DNA of 64,000 bases from a bacterium (GCA_030426125.1 JAUHZB010000002.1:67633-131632), one strand, 5' to 3'. Shown: positions 14,010 through 22,172, counted from the first letter of the stretch. Numbers and translations: made by a program. The notes: a model not told the origin generated them from the letters alone.

Positions 14010-15566
14010 TTATAAGGTGTTTGGATATCGTCTGGCGATATATTCATTTGATTCATAAATTTGACGGGACTGAACGTGATTAATACCAAGAGCCATGGTT
14101 GTCATTGAACCGTATTCTCTGTCCGGTATTTCAACGGTCTTGGCTTTTAATGATCCAGTTATAATGGCTGGTTGCCTGGAATCATGTCTTATAGTCATAC
14201 GGTTTTGATCAAAATAGTGTACTTCTGTTTGTCGAGAAATATCTATAGTCTGTTCGGAGTTATCTGAGAATGTATAAGTGTCATTCCCCCAGGCTACGGC
14301 TGTAACTTCACCTCCGGGATTCCTGATTAGGATTGGCGACTCAACATGTTGAGACTCAATATTGAAAGGATTATCTATTTCTAGGACACCATTACTTAGA
14401 ATTTCTAGATGTAGGCCTAGTTTTTTGGCGCGGGTTAATATCTCATGTCCAGATAATTGTTCGTCTGGGAATAGCTCAGAGCTAATATATAGATCCAATT
14501 CGTTGTAGACGCCGTCTATACCGCGGTAGTTATAGTTATGGGCAACTCCACTACGCAGTAGATCAGTTCTTTGCTCAATGAACTGTATTGTTCCGGGGCA
14601 AAGATCTTCAAGGCGGGATAATAGCTCTGCTTGTTTCTGGGCTAGTGGCGAATTTGCATCAGGATCGGTTGGTTGGATTATCCCCCGATCGACTAGTGTC
14701 CACTCCAGTATCGTGGCTCGATCCTCAGAAACATTAGTTGCACCGTAGTCGTTAACGAATACTCTGTTTTCGGAGGGTAGAATGTATTTATCTTCTATAG
14801 TTTCTTCAAACCCCCTAAATCCTTGGTAGTTTATTGTATTGTATTGCTCAATAGCTAAGTCTACGTCGACGTCGGTACTACCACATAGTAGCTGAGCATC
14901 TATAGCATGGATTAATTCGTGTACTACAACGGCAGTGGTTTCGCTAAAGAATGTTGAATTATCTATTGCACTAGCCATATCAACATAGATTTTACCTTCG
15001 GCTAAATCGTACATGCCTCCAGCTATTTCTAGGCTGTCCTGATTATCATTAAATTCTGCTTTACGACTAATATTTTTTACATAGATAATTTCTGGTGCAT
15101 CCAGGGCTCTTATTAAGTTTGGTGAAAACAGCTGTAAGGCCTCCATGAGACTTTGCAGGTTAGTGGTTACTGCGCTACGCATTGCTTCATCGTCACCCGC
15201 TAGGGTTTCATATTGATAAATAGATACTTCTGACGGTTCATCGGGAAAACTTACTCTTATCCCATACTCTTGATCGATGCTGTCTATGATTTCTAGTGTA
15301 GATTGCTGGTTTAAATAACCGTCCATCGGTCTTAAGTAATTTGAAAAAATATCTTCTTGAGTTTCGGCGACTAACTGACTTACCTGAAATTCTCCAACGC
15401 TAAGGTCGGCTGTCGTACATAAATTGTCATCTTGGCCAGGCGGTTGTTCCCAGTATTCGTTTTGTTGAGTACCCAGTTCGGGGTTACTGCATCCAAGCAC
15501 CAGTGAGCCGGCGAGCAGTGGAGCCGCCAAGTATTTGATCGGATGGATACGATTGTTGGCTGACAT
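14010..15566 (-). CDS. lipoprotein with HExxH zinc-metallopeptidase motif (gluzincin, ATLF/PPEP-like; tentative)
   Basis: 518 aa. Lipobox LAGSLVLGC. VVHELIHAID plus downstream YGATNVSEDRATILE (third-ligand Glu pattern). Confidence 0.55.
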   Translation of the reverse strand: MSANNRIHPIKYLAAPLLAGSLVLGCSNPELGTQQNEYWEQPPGQDDNLCTTADLSVGEFQVSQLVAETQEDIFSNYLRPMDGYLNQQSTLEIIDSIDQEYGIRVSFPDEPSEVSIYQYETLAGDDEAMRSAVTTNLQSLMEALQLFSPNLIRALDAPEIIYVKNISRKAEFNDNQDSLEIAGGMYDLAEGKIYVDMASAIDNSTFFSETTAVVVHELIHAIDAQLLCGSTDVDVDLAIEQYNTINYQGFRGFEETIEDKYILPSENRVFVNDYGATNVSEDRATILEWTLVDRGIIQPTDPDANSPLAQKQAELLSRLEDLCPGTIQFIEQRTDLLRSGVAHNYNYRGIDGVYNELDLYISSELFPDEQLSGHEILTRAKKLGLHLEILSNGVLEIDNPFNIESQHVESPILIRNPGGEVTAVAWGNDTYTFSDNSEQTIDISRQTEVHYFDQNRMTIRHDSRQPAIITGSLKAKTVEIPDREYGSMTTMALGINHVQSRQIYESNEYIARRYPNTL

Positions 15567-15597
15567 GATAGATTTTAGTTACCAATAAATTGGTTAA

Positions 15598-15795
15598 CTA
15601 TTTCTTTACTTCGTTACGTCCTAGAGATTTCTTGGTTTCACTGTACCAAGTGTGTTTACGTAGAATAGGGTTATACTTTCTAAGCCGTAGCTTGTCTGGA
15701 GTATTCATAGTATTTTTGGACGTGTAGTAATGACGGTGTCCGGTTTCTTCGCACACTAGTCCAAGAATCTTGCGTTTATCGGTTTTCTTTGCCAT
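15598..15795 (-). CDS. rpmG: 50S ribosomal protein L33
   Basis: 65 aa. MAKKTDKRKILGLVCEETGHRHYYTSKN...LRLRKYNPILRKHTWYSE, typical L33. Confidence 0.9.
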   Translation of the reverse strand: MAKKTDKRKILGLVCEETGHRHYYTSKNTMNTPDKLRLRKYNPILRKHTWYSETKKSLGRNEVKK

Positions 15796-15803
15796 AGGAA
15801 TTT

Positions 15804-15812
15804 ATTTTAACA
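15804..15812 (-). promoter_or_regulatory. extended -10 box 8 nt upstream of the rpmG ATG (leaderless candidate)
   Basis: Minus strand TGtTAAAAT, then aaattcct, then ATG. No Shine-Dalgarno site. Confidence 0.45.
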
Positions 15813-15867
15813 GATTGACTGATAATTTACCAGTCTTAAATTATAGATAATTACAAACTGGTTTGTA

Positions 15868-15942
<75 letters not shown>

Positions 15943-15993
15943 TTAACTTGGCCTATTATACCTGTTATTTTGACTTTTTCCAAAGACCCAAGA

Positions 15994-16386
15994 CTAGTTT
16001 TTTGGCTTAAACCGAAAATCTGGAGTTGGCTCTTTAGGCATGGATGCTGTTACTGGTTCAATATATACGGCACTAATCAGGACTACTATAGGTACCTCTT
16101 CTTCTTCCTCTTCTTCTTTTTCCCATTTGGGATGAAATAGTAGGCTATAGGGCGGTTTTTCTAGTTCGTTTGTATTGACTAATGTTCCTCCATTAACTCT
16201 AGGATGATCGGGAGTTAGAATCTGTTGCTCAGGATAGCCTCCCAGGAAGCTAGCATACGAACAAACAGCCAATCGTGCTGCCGTGGCTTCTGGAGCTCGA
16301 ACATCCCAAACTGATGAGGATTGAGTAGGCTGGTCTGAAACTTCAACACGCCAAAATCTATCAGGGGTTCGATCGCTCTCGGGCAT
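15994..16386 (-). CDS. hypothetical protein (130 aa) with poly-Glu tract
   Basis: ORF track gives 15994..16398. ATG 16384-16386 (MPESDR...) is preceded by GGAGGA at only 3 nt, so the start is uncertain. TGcTAATAT promoter upstream. No family recognised. Confidence 0.4.
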   Translation of the reverse strand: MPESDRTPDRFWRVEVSDQPTQSSSVWDVRAPEATAARLAVCSYASFLGGYPEQQILTPDHPRVNGGTLVNTNELEKPPYSLLFHPKWEKEEEEEEEVPIVVLISAVYIEPVTASMPKEPTPDFRFKPKN

Positions 16387-16495
16387 AGTCCTCCACAAAC
16401 TTATTACTTATCTTTAATAGAATATTAGCATAAGAGATATTTTCTGTATACGAATTTTGGTATGTAAAATTAGCAATGACTTATATAGATAAAGC

Positions 16496-16945
16496 TCACT
16501 TGGCTACTTCGATAGTAGGAGGATCTAAGTTGAACTCTGGGCCTGTAACTATGTCTGAACTTTTCTTGAAATCACCTAGTATCACGCACAGCGCTGTTTC
16601 AGCCTGGACTTCTTTGTACATGTAGTAAGAGCTGTAGTCATCACTCATAATGAATTTATTATCTTTTTGATAGACAAACAGCTCAGGCGGTTTGAGATTT
16701 AAATAGCCTTTTAGGAAATCTGCTCTAAATTTACTGCTAATTTCTGGTTTAAAATCTGAAAAAGGCTGGATTAAATCCAACTTCACAACTGCTCTTCGGC
16801 ATTTAATCTTTGCTTGGTAGGCGTCTTTTAGGATAGACATCAATTCTTCGTCTTTTGGTGGGTGTTGCCCGCCGAATTGAATATTGATGTCATCAATATT
16901 TATACTAGACCTTTTGTCGTTCGGATCTGTTGTATCGCTGGTCAT
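16496..16945 (-). CDS. hypothetical protein (149 aa)
   Basis: ORF track gives 16496..16951 (GTG). ATG 16943-16945 lies 7 nt after TAGACT (16953-16958), fitting the leaderless pattern. Weak resemblance of ..KFIMSDDYSSYYMYKEV.. to the ParB/Srx fold; not a call. Confidence 0.45.
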   Translation of the reverse strand: MTSDTTDPNDKRSSINIDDINIQFGGQHPPKDEELMSILKDAYQAKIKCRRAVVKLDLIQPFSDFKPEISSKFRADFLKGYLNLKPPELFVYQKDNKFIMSDDYSSYYMYKEVQAETALCVILGDFKKSSDIVTGPEFNLDPPTIEVAK

Positions 16946-16981
16946 TGTCACTAGTCTACACGAAATAAATGATCTTTATGC

Positions 16982-17005
16982 AAAAAACCCTCACTGTAGG
17001 GTTTT
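16982..17005 (-). terminator. rho-independent terminator after the tRNA-Thr/tRNA-Tyr pair
   Basis: Minus strand AAAACCCT-acagtg-AGGGTTTT running into a U tract. Confidence 0.65.
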
Positions 17006-17019
17006 GTATGTTCGTAGTA

Positions 17020-17105
17020 TGGTGCAGGGTGTAGGATTCGAACCTACGAAGGCATATGCCAACAGATTTACAGTCTGTCGTGTTTGACCGCTTCACTAAC
17101 CCTGC
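17020..17105 (-). tRNA. tRNA-Tyr (anticodon GTA), long variable arm, CCA-3' encoded
   Basis: Reverse complement GCAGGGTTAGTGAAGCGGTCAAACACGACAGACTGTAAATCTGTTGGCATATGCCTTCGTAGGTTCGAATCCTACACCCTGCACCA. Confidence 0.93.
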
Positions 17106-17106
17106 A

Positions 17107-17183
17107 TGGAGCCGCCTATCGGATTCGAACCGATGACCTACGGTTTACAAAACCGTCGCTCTAACCAGCTGAGCTAAGGCGGC
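17107..17183 (-). tRNA. tRNA-Thr (anticodon TGT), CCA-3' encoded
   Basis: Reverse complement GCCGCCTTAGCTCAGCTGGTTAGAGCGACGGTTTTGTAAACCGTAGGTCATCGGTTCGAATCCGATAGGCGGCTCCA. 1-nt spacer to tRNA-Tyr. Confidence 0.95.
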
Positions 17184-17219
17184 AGGAATTAACACTAGAT
17201 AAGTGTAGCATTACAGGGG

Positions 17220-17873
17220 TTAAATTACAACGCGTTTCGGACGAGCTACTTTTTTTGGTTTGCCTGAAGGTACGATTAATTTTTTTAGTTTTTGTTCTAT
17301 TTCATCCGCCTCTATTTGCATATCGCTCTGGGTGTAGGCTTTATGTAGGAGCTCATAGGTTTCTTTATTCGGTTCAAGCTCGGCTGCTTTTTTTAGTTCG
17401 GATATCATTAACTTACTGTTACCAAGTTGTTCTTGGACTTTAGCGTAGGCAATGTGTCGAGCGGCTAGCTTATCTTCTAGCTTCAAGGCTTGTTCGAAGG
17501 CAATAGCAGCTTTTTCATAATTTTCGGTCTCGTAGTAGATTAGTCCTAGGTTGTGAAGGCTCGATGGGGTTGACTCGATACTGGAGGCAATCTCAAAGCA
17601 GTCAATAGCATCTTTAAATTCTTTTTGTTTGGCGTAAAGAATTCCTAGTCGGTTGTAGGCGGCAGCGTTTCTAGTATCTATTTTTAGAATAGTTAGCAAG
17701 GCTTTCTCGGCGCGCAAGAATCGGTTTTCACGCATTCCTTGATGGGCAACATCCCACAACTTTCCTACTTTGTCGGTGATTTTTCGTGGCAAGGCACCGA
17801 ATTCATCATCGTCACCTTTAGTGGTTCGGATAACTAGAAAGCCGAAGAATACTAGAATTAATAGTTCTAACAT
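17220..17873 (-). CDS. membrane-anchored TPR-repeat protein
   Basis: 217 aa. N-terminal TM helix MLELLILVFFGFLVI, then about 4 TPR-like repeats (AAAYNRLGILYAKQKEFKDAIDCFEIA...). Confidence 0.7.
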   Translation of the reverse strand: MLELLILVFFGFLVIRTTKGDDDEFGALPRKITDKVGKLWDVAHQGMRENRFLRAEKALLTILKIDTRNAAAYNRLGILYAKQKEFKDAIDCFEIASSIESTPSSLHNLGLIYYETENYEKAAIAFEQALKLEDKLAARHIAYAKVQEQLGNSKLMISELKKAAELEPNKETYELLHKAYTQSDMQIEADEIEQKLKKLIVPSGKPKKVARPKRVVI

Positions 17874-17920
17874 TGCGTCTATTATACGTTAGTTGCTGTA
17901 TTTAGTAAAAACTACCAGCT

Positions 17921-18790
17921 TTAGAGGTTAATAAATAGATTAACCAATAAAAGCTTACTGTTTGGGTTGTGTTGAATACATTCTTGAGACTGTAGGATTA
18001 ATTTGAGGCGTTCTTTCCAGGCAGGTACGGTGTTATCATTACGTTTTGCTGAGCTTACTAGTGCTGCATGACTTATTCGTTCTAGGGCTAGTAGTAAACC
18101 AGGGATGTCTTTATCTTTGGCAATTCCATCGACCATGTTCAGGCGTTCAAAAACAGTCTTGGAATAGATATCCTTAGCAGTTGCAATATTTTTTACTAGG
18201 GGGTGGTCGCTTTGGTTTTCTAGGAGAGCTGTCATTAAGCCGGTAGCCCCTTCAGACAATAAAAATGCTTTATTTATGGCTCGATGGTCAAATTTGTCAC
18301 TGAAATATTCCGTGGCATCTTTTTGACTGGCGGGCAGAACTTTAATGCGCTGCACCCTAGATAGTATAGTTGACATGATTTGGTTGGTGTTGCTACAAGT
18401 GAGGATAATGACAGTGTCGCTGGGCGGTTCTTCGAGGTTTTTTAGAAATGCGTTTTGGGCTTCGTGGCCCATTTGCTCAGCGTTTTCTATTATTACAGCT
18501 CGGTTGTAGGGTTGGTTGTGGATAGATTTTAGCACTAGGAATTTATTTATTTCACGGATTGATTCAATAGAAATAGATTTAGACTTTGTGTCTTCAGTTG
18601 ATCTAACAATTTTTAGTTTTGAATTCTTAAGAAGAGTTGCGGTATCGCTATCAAGTACGTTGGAGGCGATGTGCTTGGCCAAGGTGCTCTTTCCGCCTCC
18701 AGCTACGCCTTCCAATATTAAAGCGTGACTGGGTTTTTTGATAAAACGCTCAACATCAATTCTAGTCTTGGAATTAAGCAAAAGTTCCAC
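17921..18790 (-). CDS. holB: DNA polymerase III delta-prime-like clamp-loader subunit
   Basis: 289 aa. GVAGGGKSTLAKHIA, IIENAEQM, AQNAFLKNLEEPP, ILSRVQ: the clamp-loader AAA+ pattern. Confidence 0.65.
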   Translation of the reverse strand: MELLLNSKTRIDVERFIKKPSHALILEGVAGGGKSTLAKHIASNVLDSDTATLLKNSKLKIVRSTEDTKSKSISIESIREINKFLVLKSIHNQPYNRAVIIENAEQMGHEAQNAFLKNLEEPPSDTVIILTCSNTNQIMSTILSRVQRIKVLPASQKDATEYFSDKFDHRAINKAFLLSEGATGLMTALLENQSDHPLVKNIATAKDIYSKTVFERLNMVDGIAKDKDIPGLLLALERISHAALVSSAKRNDNTVPAWKERLKLILQSQECIQHNPNSKLLLVNLFINL

Positions 18791-18793
18791 GGG

Positions 18794-19645
18794 TTATACC
18801 TTTTCTTCAAAATATTTGGGTAGTGGGGCTGAGAATTCTTTATCTTTTTTGCTTGGTAGTTGAAGTTTTAGTTTTCTGGCGTGTAAATAGGTTCTGTCTG
18901 CAGGCTGGCCGCCATAGAGGGTATCGCCTACGATAGGGTGACCGATTTGAGATAAATGCACCCTTAGCTGGTGGGTTCTGCCGGTTTCTGGATATAGCTC
19001 TACTAGGCAATATTGATCATTGCTACGGATTACCTTATAACGGGTCTTAGCCGGCTTGCCGTTAGGTCCAACCCGGAAAGTTTGCGGTTTTTTGGGGTTT
19101 CGCTCGATAGGCATATCTATAATTGCTTCTAGGTTACTAGGGGTTCCTTCTATTACGGCGACGTAGGTTTTTTCTACTTTACGCTCGGCAAATTGACGCT
19201 GTAAAAAGTCCATAGCAGATTGTTGCTTAGCGCAGATTAGAAGTCCGGAGGTAACCCGGTCTAGTCGATGTACTATTCCGCCTCTATTATCTGACATGCC
19301 TGTAGTGAAAGGACGAATGAAGCTAGATACCGTAGCTTCCGGATTAAACCTGCCTTTACTATGCGTCAGTACCCCTTCTGGCTTGATAACTACCAAACAG
19401 TCATCGTCTTGGTATATTATATCCAGTTTGATGTCTTCAACTGTTGGCTTGGTTTCAAAGTCATAGTCTATTTCGATACGGTCACCATCTTTCACCTTTA
19501 TGGATGGCTTGTATTTGGTTGTGTTATTTAGCTGGACTTTTCCTTGGTCGCAGAGGGCGCTAATAAAAGAACGACTTAAATCCTCTATATTGTCTGAAAT
19601 ACAGAGGTCTAATCGAGGATAGTCTTTGTTAGCTATGATCTTCAT
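18794..19645 (-). CDS. RluA-family 23S rRNA pseudouridine synthase (RluD-like)
   Basis: 283 aa. S4-like N-terminus, catalytic motif HRLDRVTSGLL, and ..GRTHQLRVH... Confidence 0.85.
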   Translation of the reverse strand: MKIIANKDYPRLDLCISDNIEDLSRSFISALCDQGKVQLNNTTKYKPSIKVKDGDRIEIDYDFETKPTVEDIKLDIIYQDDDCLVVIKPEGVLTHSKGRFNPEATVSSFIRPFTTGMSDNRGGIVHRLDRVTSGLLICAKQQSAMDFLQRQFAERKVEKTYVAVIEGTPSNLEAIIDMPIERNPKKPQTFRVGPNGKPAKTRYKVIRSNDQYCLVELYPETGRTHQLRVHLSQIGHPIVGDTLYGGQPADRTYLHARKLKLQLPSKKDKEFSAPLPKYFEEKV

Positions 19646-19659
19646 AATATATCTGCCAG

Positions 19660-20685
19660 TTACTGTCTGAGCCCTACGGCTTTTTGGGCTTTGGCTAGTG
19701 TTTGGTTAGCTAACTGATTCACCTCTTTTTCAGATTGGCTAATTTTATCCAGGCATAGTTGGTCGTCAACAGCTTGAAGCTTATTGTTAAAATCTTTTAG
19801 GAAGTTCACTACAGCGTCGGCAACATCCTTTTTGAATTCGCCGTATTGGCTTAAGCCTTGGTATTTTTGCTGGACGTCGGCAAGTGGTGTTCCGCTCAGT
19901 GCTGACAATATATCCATTAAGTTACTAATACCAGGGCGAGTTTCATGATCATAGGCTATTTCACCGAAGCTATCGGTAGTAGCGGATAGTATCTTTTTGC
20001 GGGCCACTTCTGGATCATCACCGAGGAAAATTATGCCTTTGTCACTACCTGCTGATTTACTCATCTTTTTACTGGGATCTTGTAAATCCTTGATGCGTAA
20101 ACGGTTGGTAGAGTGAGCGAACTCAATCTGCTGTTTTTCAGCCTCCGGTAATACAAATATGTCACCAAATTTGTTATTGAAGCGAATAGCTATGTCCCTA
20201 GCTAGCTCAACGTGCTGAGTCTGATCGGCTCCGACCGGCACATATTTGGCACCGTACAGTAGAATGTCAGCAGCCATTAGTACTGGATAGTCGAATAGCC
20301 CGACAGAAACGCTCGATTGTCCACTGCCCTTTTCCTTGAATTGGGTCATTCTACTAAGTTCCCCCATGTAGGTGAAGCTGTTTAATATGACCGTTAGTTC
20401 ACTATGTGCCGGAACAAAACTTTGACGATAGATATAGGTATCCTGATCCTTAATGTCTAGCCCTGCTGCTATAAACAGCCTAATATTGTTTAAAGACTGT
20501 TCATAGAGCTTACTGTGGTCAATAGGTGTGGTGAAACTATGTAGATCAGGTACAAACAGGTTAATCTGATACTGACCAGCGTATTGCTTCTGTAATTTAA
20601 CAATAGGGAGCAAGGCACCTAGGTAATTACCAAGGTGGAGTTGGTTATTGGCCCGTAGACCGGTTAATATTACTGGTTTACTCAT
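19660..20685 (-). CDS. trpS: tryptophan--tRNA ligase
   Basis: 341 aa. Class I motifs LHLGNYLG (HIGH variant) and KMSKS. TrpRS-length single domain. Confidence 0.9.
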   Translation of the reverse strand: MSKPVILTGLRANNQLHLGNYLGALLPIVKLQKQYAGQYQINLFVPDLHSFTTPIDHSKLYEQSLNNIRLFIAAGLDIKDQDTYIYRQSFVPAHSELTVILNSFTYMGELSRMTQFKEKGSGQSSVSVGLFDYPVLMAADILLYGAKYVPVGADQTQHVELARDIAIRFNNKFGDIFVLPEAEKQQIEFAHSTNRLRIKDLQDPSKKMSKSAGSDKGIIFLGDDPEVARKKILSATTDSFGEIAYDHETRPGISNLMDILSALSGTPLADVQQKYQGLSQYGEFKKDVADAVVNFLKDFNNKLQAVDDQLCLDKISQSEKEVNQLANQTLAKAQKAVGLRQ

Positions 20686-20770
20686 AGTTCTCTCTCTATC
20701 TATTAGTTACTGAGCTATCCTGCATTACGTTATCTATTATACATAGACAACTTCTCTATTAATATGTTGT

Positions 20771-21955
20771 TTATTGCAACACTTCATCAACAGATGATAG
20801 CACTGTAGAAAGTTGTCTAGGGTTAAGCTGAGGATCAATATTCCCAGGGTGAGTTGGGGTCTGATCTGGACTGTCCACGCACTCAAGGCGGCTATTGTCT
20901 GCCATAGCCTCAACATGTATTCCATTAAGCATCCGTCCGCTAAAGTTCATTTCCTCTGCTACTGTTTCAACTTCTTCAACGAAACCGGATACACTACGGA
21001 TCTTTTGACCAGCTTGGTTAGTAGTGGTGTTGCCATGCTGATCAACAACTACGATCGATTCAGGACAGTACTTATTTATAGCATCGATGGTGTTTCGCAG
21101 TTCATCGATGTACTGTTTGCCGAAACGAAGCATTAATACTAGTTTACCTAGTTCTTGTTCAGGATTTAATACTTCGGTTAACCGTTCAACCTGTTCGGCT
21201 GTGGTGTTTGGTCCCAGCTTGACGCCAACTGGATTTTCGATACCCGACAGCATTGAAGCAATTGGTCCGTCCGCTGAGTTGGTGCGGTAGCCAATCCACG
21301 GCATGTCAGTTGATAGTAGAAACTTTTTGCCAGCATGTCTAGCTATGAAAGGTTGTTCGTAGGCAATATTCAAGGCTTCGTGAGCGAAGAATATCATTTG
21401 TTGCCCATTAGCTTGACGCAAAGCCTCAGCAGTTGCCCGAGACTGTAAAGCTCCGGCTAATAGTCTGTTGGGATCAGGTTGTCTGTCTGTTGGGTCAGTG
21501 CCATTAACACCCTGTCCCATATGTGAGACGATTTTTCTTCCATCGTCTAGTTCTTCAAATTCGTTAGATCTTGGTTTGGTGAACTGACCACAACTTCGTA
21601 GTACATGAACTCCGTCTGGAATGGCGTCTACCATACGATCTAGAAGTAGTTGGTTCTCAGCTGTCTTCTTATCGTAGTCTGCTGGGTCAACCAGCGGCTC
21701 CGAGCAGTTGCCCGCTATTATTAGTGGCCCCGACTCACCAGAGGCTACCATTGCTAAATTACTGCGCAGTTTAGTGATGTTGGTTGGTCTGGTTACTGGT
21801 TGCGCAGTCCGAAGTTCATCCAGTACTTTGAGCAGCTGCTCGCTGTCAGTGTAGTCTGGCTGGAAAGTTTCGTGGTATGGGCCAGCAGGCAGGCCGTGCA
21901 TTATTGATCTTGTTGTGTGAGCTCTAGGTCCTATCTCTGGTGTTGTGGTATTCAT
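20771..21955 (-). CDS. 3-deoxy-7-phosphoheptulonate (DAHP) synthase, class II-like, short form
   Basis: 394 aa. Class II landmarks in order: AGNCSEP (Cys ligand), GQFTKPRS, FFAHEALNIAYE, WIGYRT, NPVGVKLGP, DQHGNT (His), IHVEA (Glu), ECV, IDPQLN (Asp). Confidence 0.7.
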   Translation of the reverse strand: MNTTTPEIGPRAHTTRSIMHGLPAGPYHETFQPDYTDSEQLLKVLDELRTAQPVTRPTNITKLRSNLAMVASGESGPLIIAGNCSEPLVDPADYDKKTAENQLLLDRMVDAIPDGVHVLRSCGQFTKPRSNEFEELDDGRKIVSHMGQGVNGTDPTDRQPDPNRLLAGALQSRATAEALRQANGQQMIFFAHEALNIAYEQPFIARHAGKKFLLSTDMPWIGYRTNSADGPIASMLSGIENPVGVKLGPNTTAEQVERLTEVLNPEQELGKLVLMLRFGKQYIDELRNTIDAINKYCPESIVVVDQHGNTTTNQAGQKIRSVSGFVEEVETVAEEMNFSGRMLNGIHVEAMADNSRLECVDSPDQTPTHPGNIDPQLNPRQLSTVLSSVDEVLQ

Positions 21956-21994
21956 ATCTTTTCCTGTTATTGTCTCTTCTTATTCTTTTACATT

Positions 21995-22023
21995 AAAAAA
22001 CCGCCCCTTTTTTTTGGACGGTT
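21995..22023 (-). terminator. attenuator terminator in the DAHP-synthase leader
   Basis: Minus strand AACCGTCC-aaaaaaaag-GGGCGGTT followed by TTTT. One stem position is a G-U pair that exists only in the minus-strand RNA. Confidence 0.65.
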
Positions 22024-22045
22024 ACGTTTTCTGAGCAAAAATTAA

Positions 22046-22114
22046 CTATGCTGAATAAACCGTCCAAGATTGTCCGGTAAACCAATAAGCCTTATTAATT
22101 CGTTTTCTCAACAT
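22046..22114 (-). CDS. putative attenuator leader peptide with Tyr-Trp-Phe triplet (22 aa, MLRKRINKAYWFTGQSWTVYSA)
   Basis: ATG 22112-22114 to TAG 22046-22048. 5 of 22 codons are aromatic; codons 10-12 are TAT TGG TTT. No Shine-Dalgarno site. Codons 17-19 form the antiterminator arm. Confidence 0.65.
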   Translation of the reverse strand: MLRKRINKAYWFTGQSWTVYSA

Positions 22115-22124
22115 AACGTTATAG

Positions 22125-22153
22125 ATAATACATTATGTTGCCAAGTATTGCAA
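22125..22153 (-). promoter_or_regulatory. promoter of the aromatic leader peptide and DAHP synthase
   Basis: Minus strand TTGCAA (22148-22153), 17 nt, TATTAT (22125-22130), then 10 nt to the leader ATG. Confidence 0.6.
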
Positions 22154-22172
22154 ATGTCTTGTTAGCTTCTCT

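Noticed and set aside
15943-17019. Integrative mobile element at the tRNA-Tyr 3' end.
   Set aside because: No integrase, no duplicated tRNA 3' segment (att repeat) and no other mobility gene was seen. Kept only as a low-interest insert observation.
20686-20770. T-box riboswitches upstream of trpS, and likewise upstream of hisS (54777-54839) and tyrS (60624-60660).
   Set aside because: The leaders are too short (about 50, 63 and 0 nt). No T-box consensus or specifier/antiterminator architecture is visible. tyrS appears leaderless.
20737-20925. 62-aa ORF overlapping the 3' end of the DAHP synthase gene, and a 60-aa ORF at 22535..22717 overlapping rpsI and the terminator.
   Set aside because: They overlap conserved genes in another frame and run through a terminator hairpin. 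No start signals are present.
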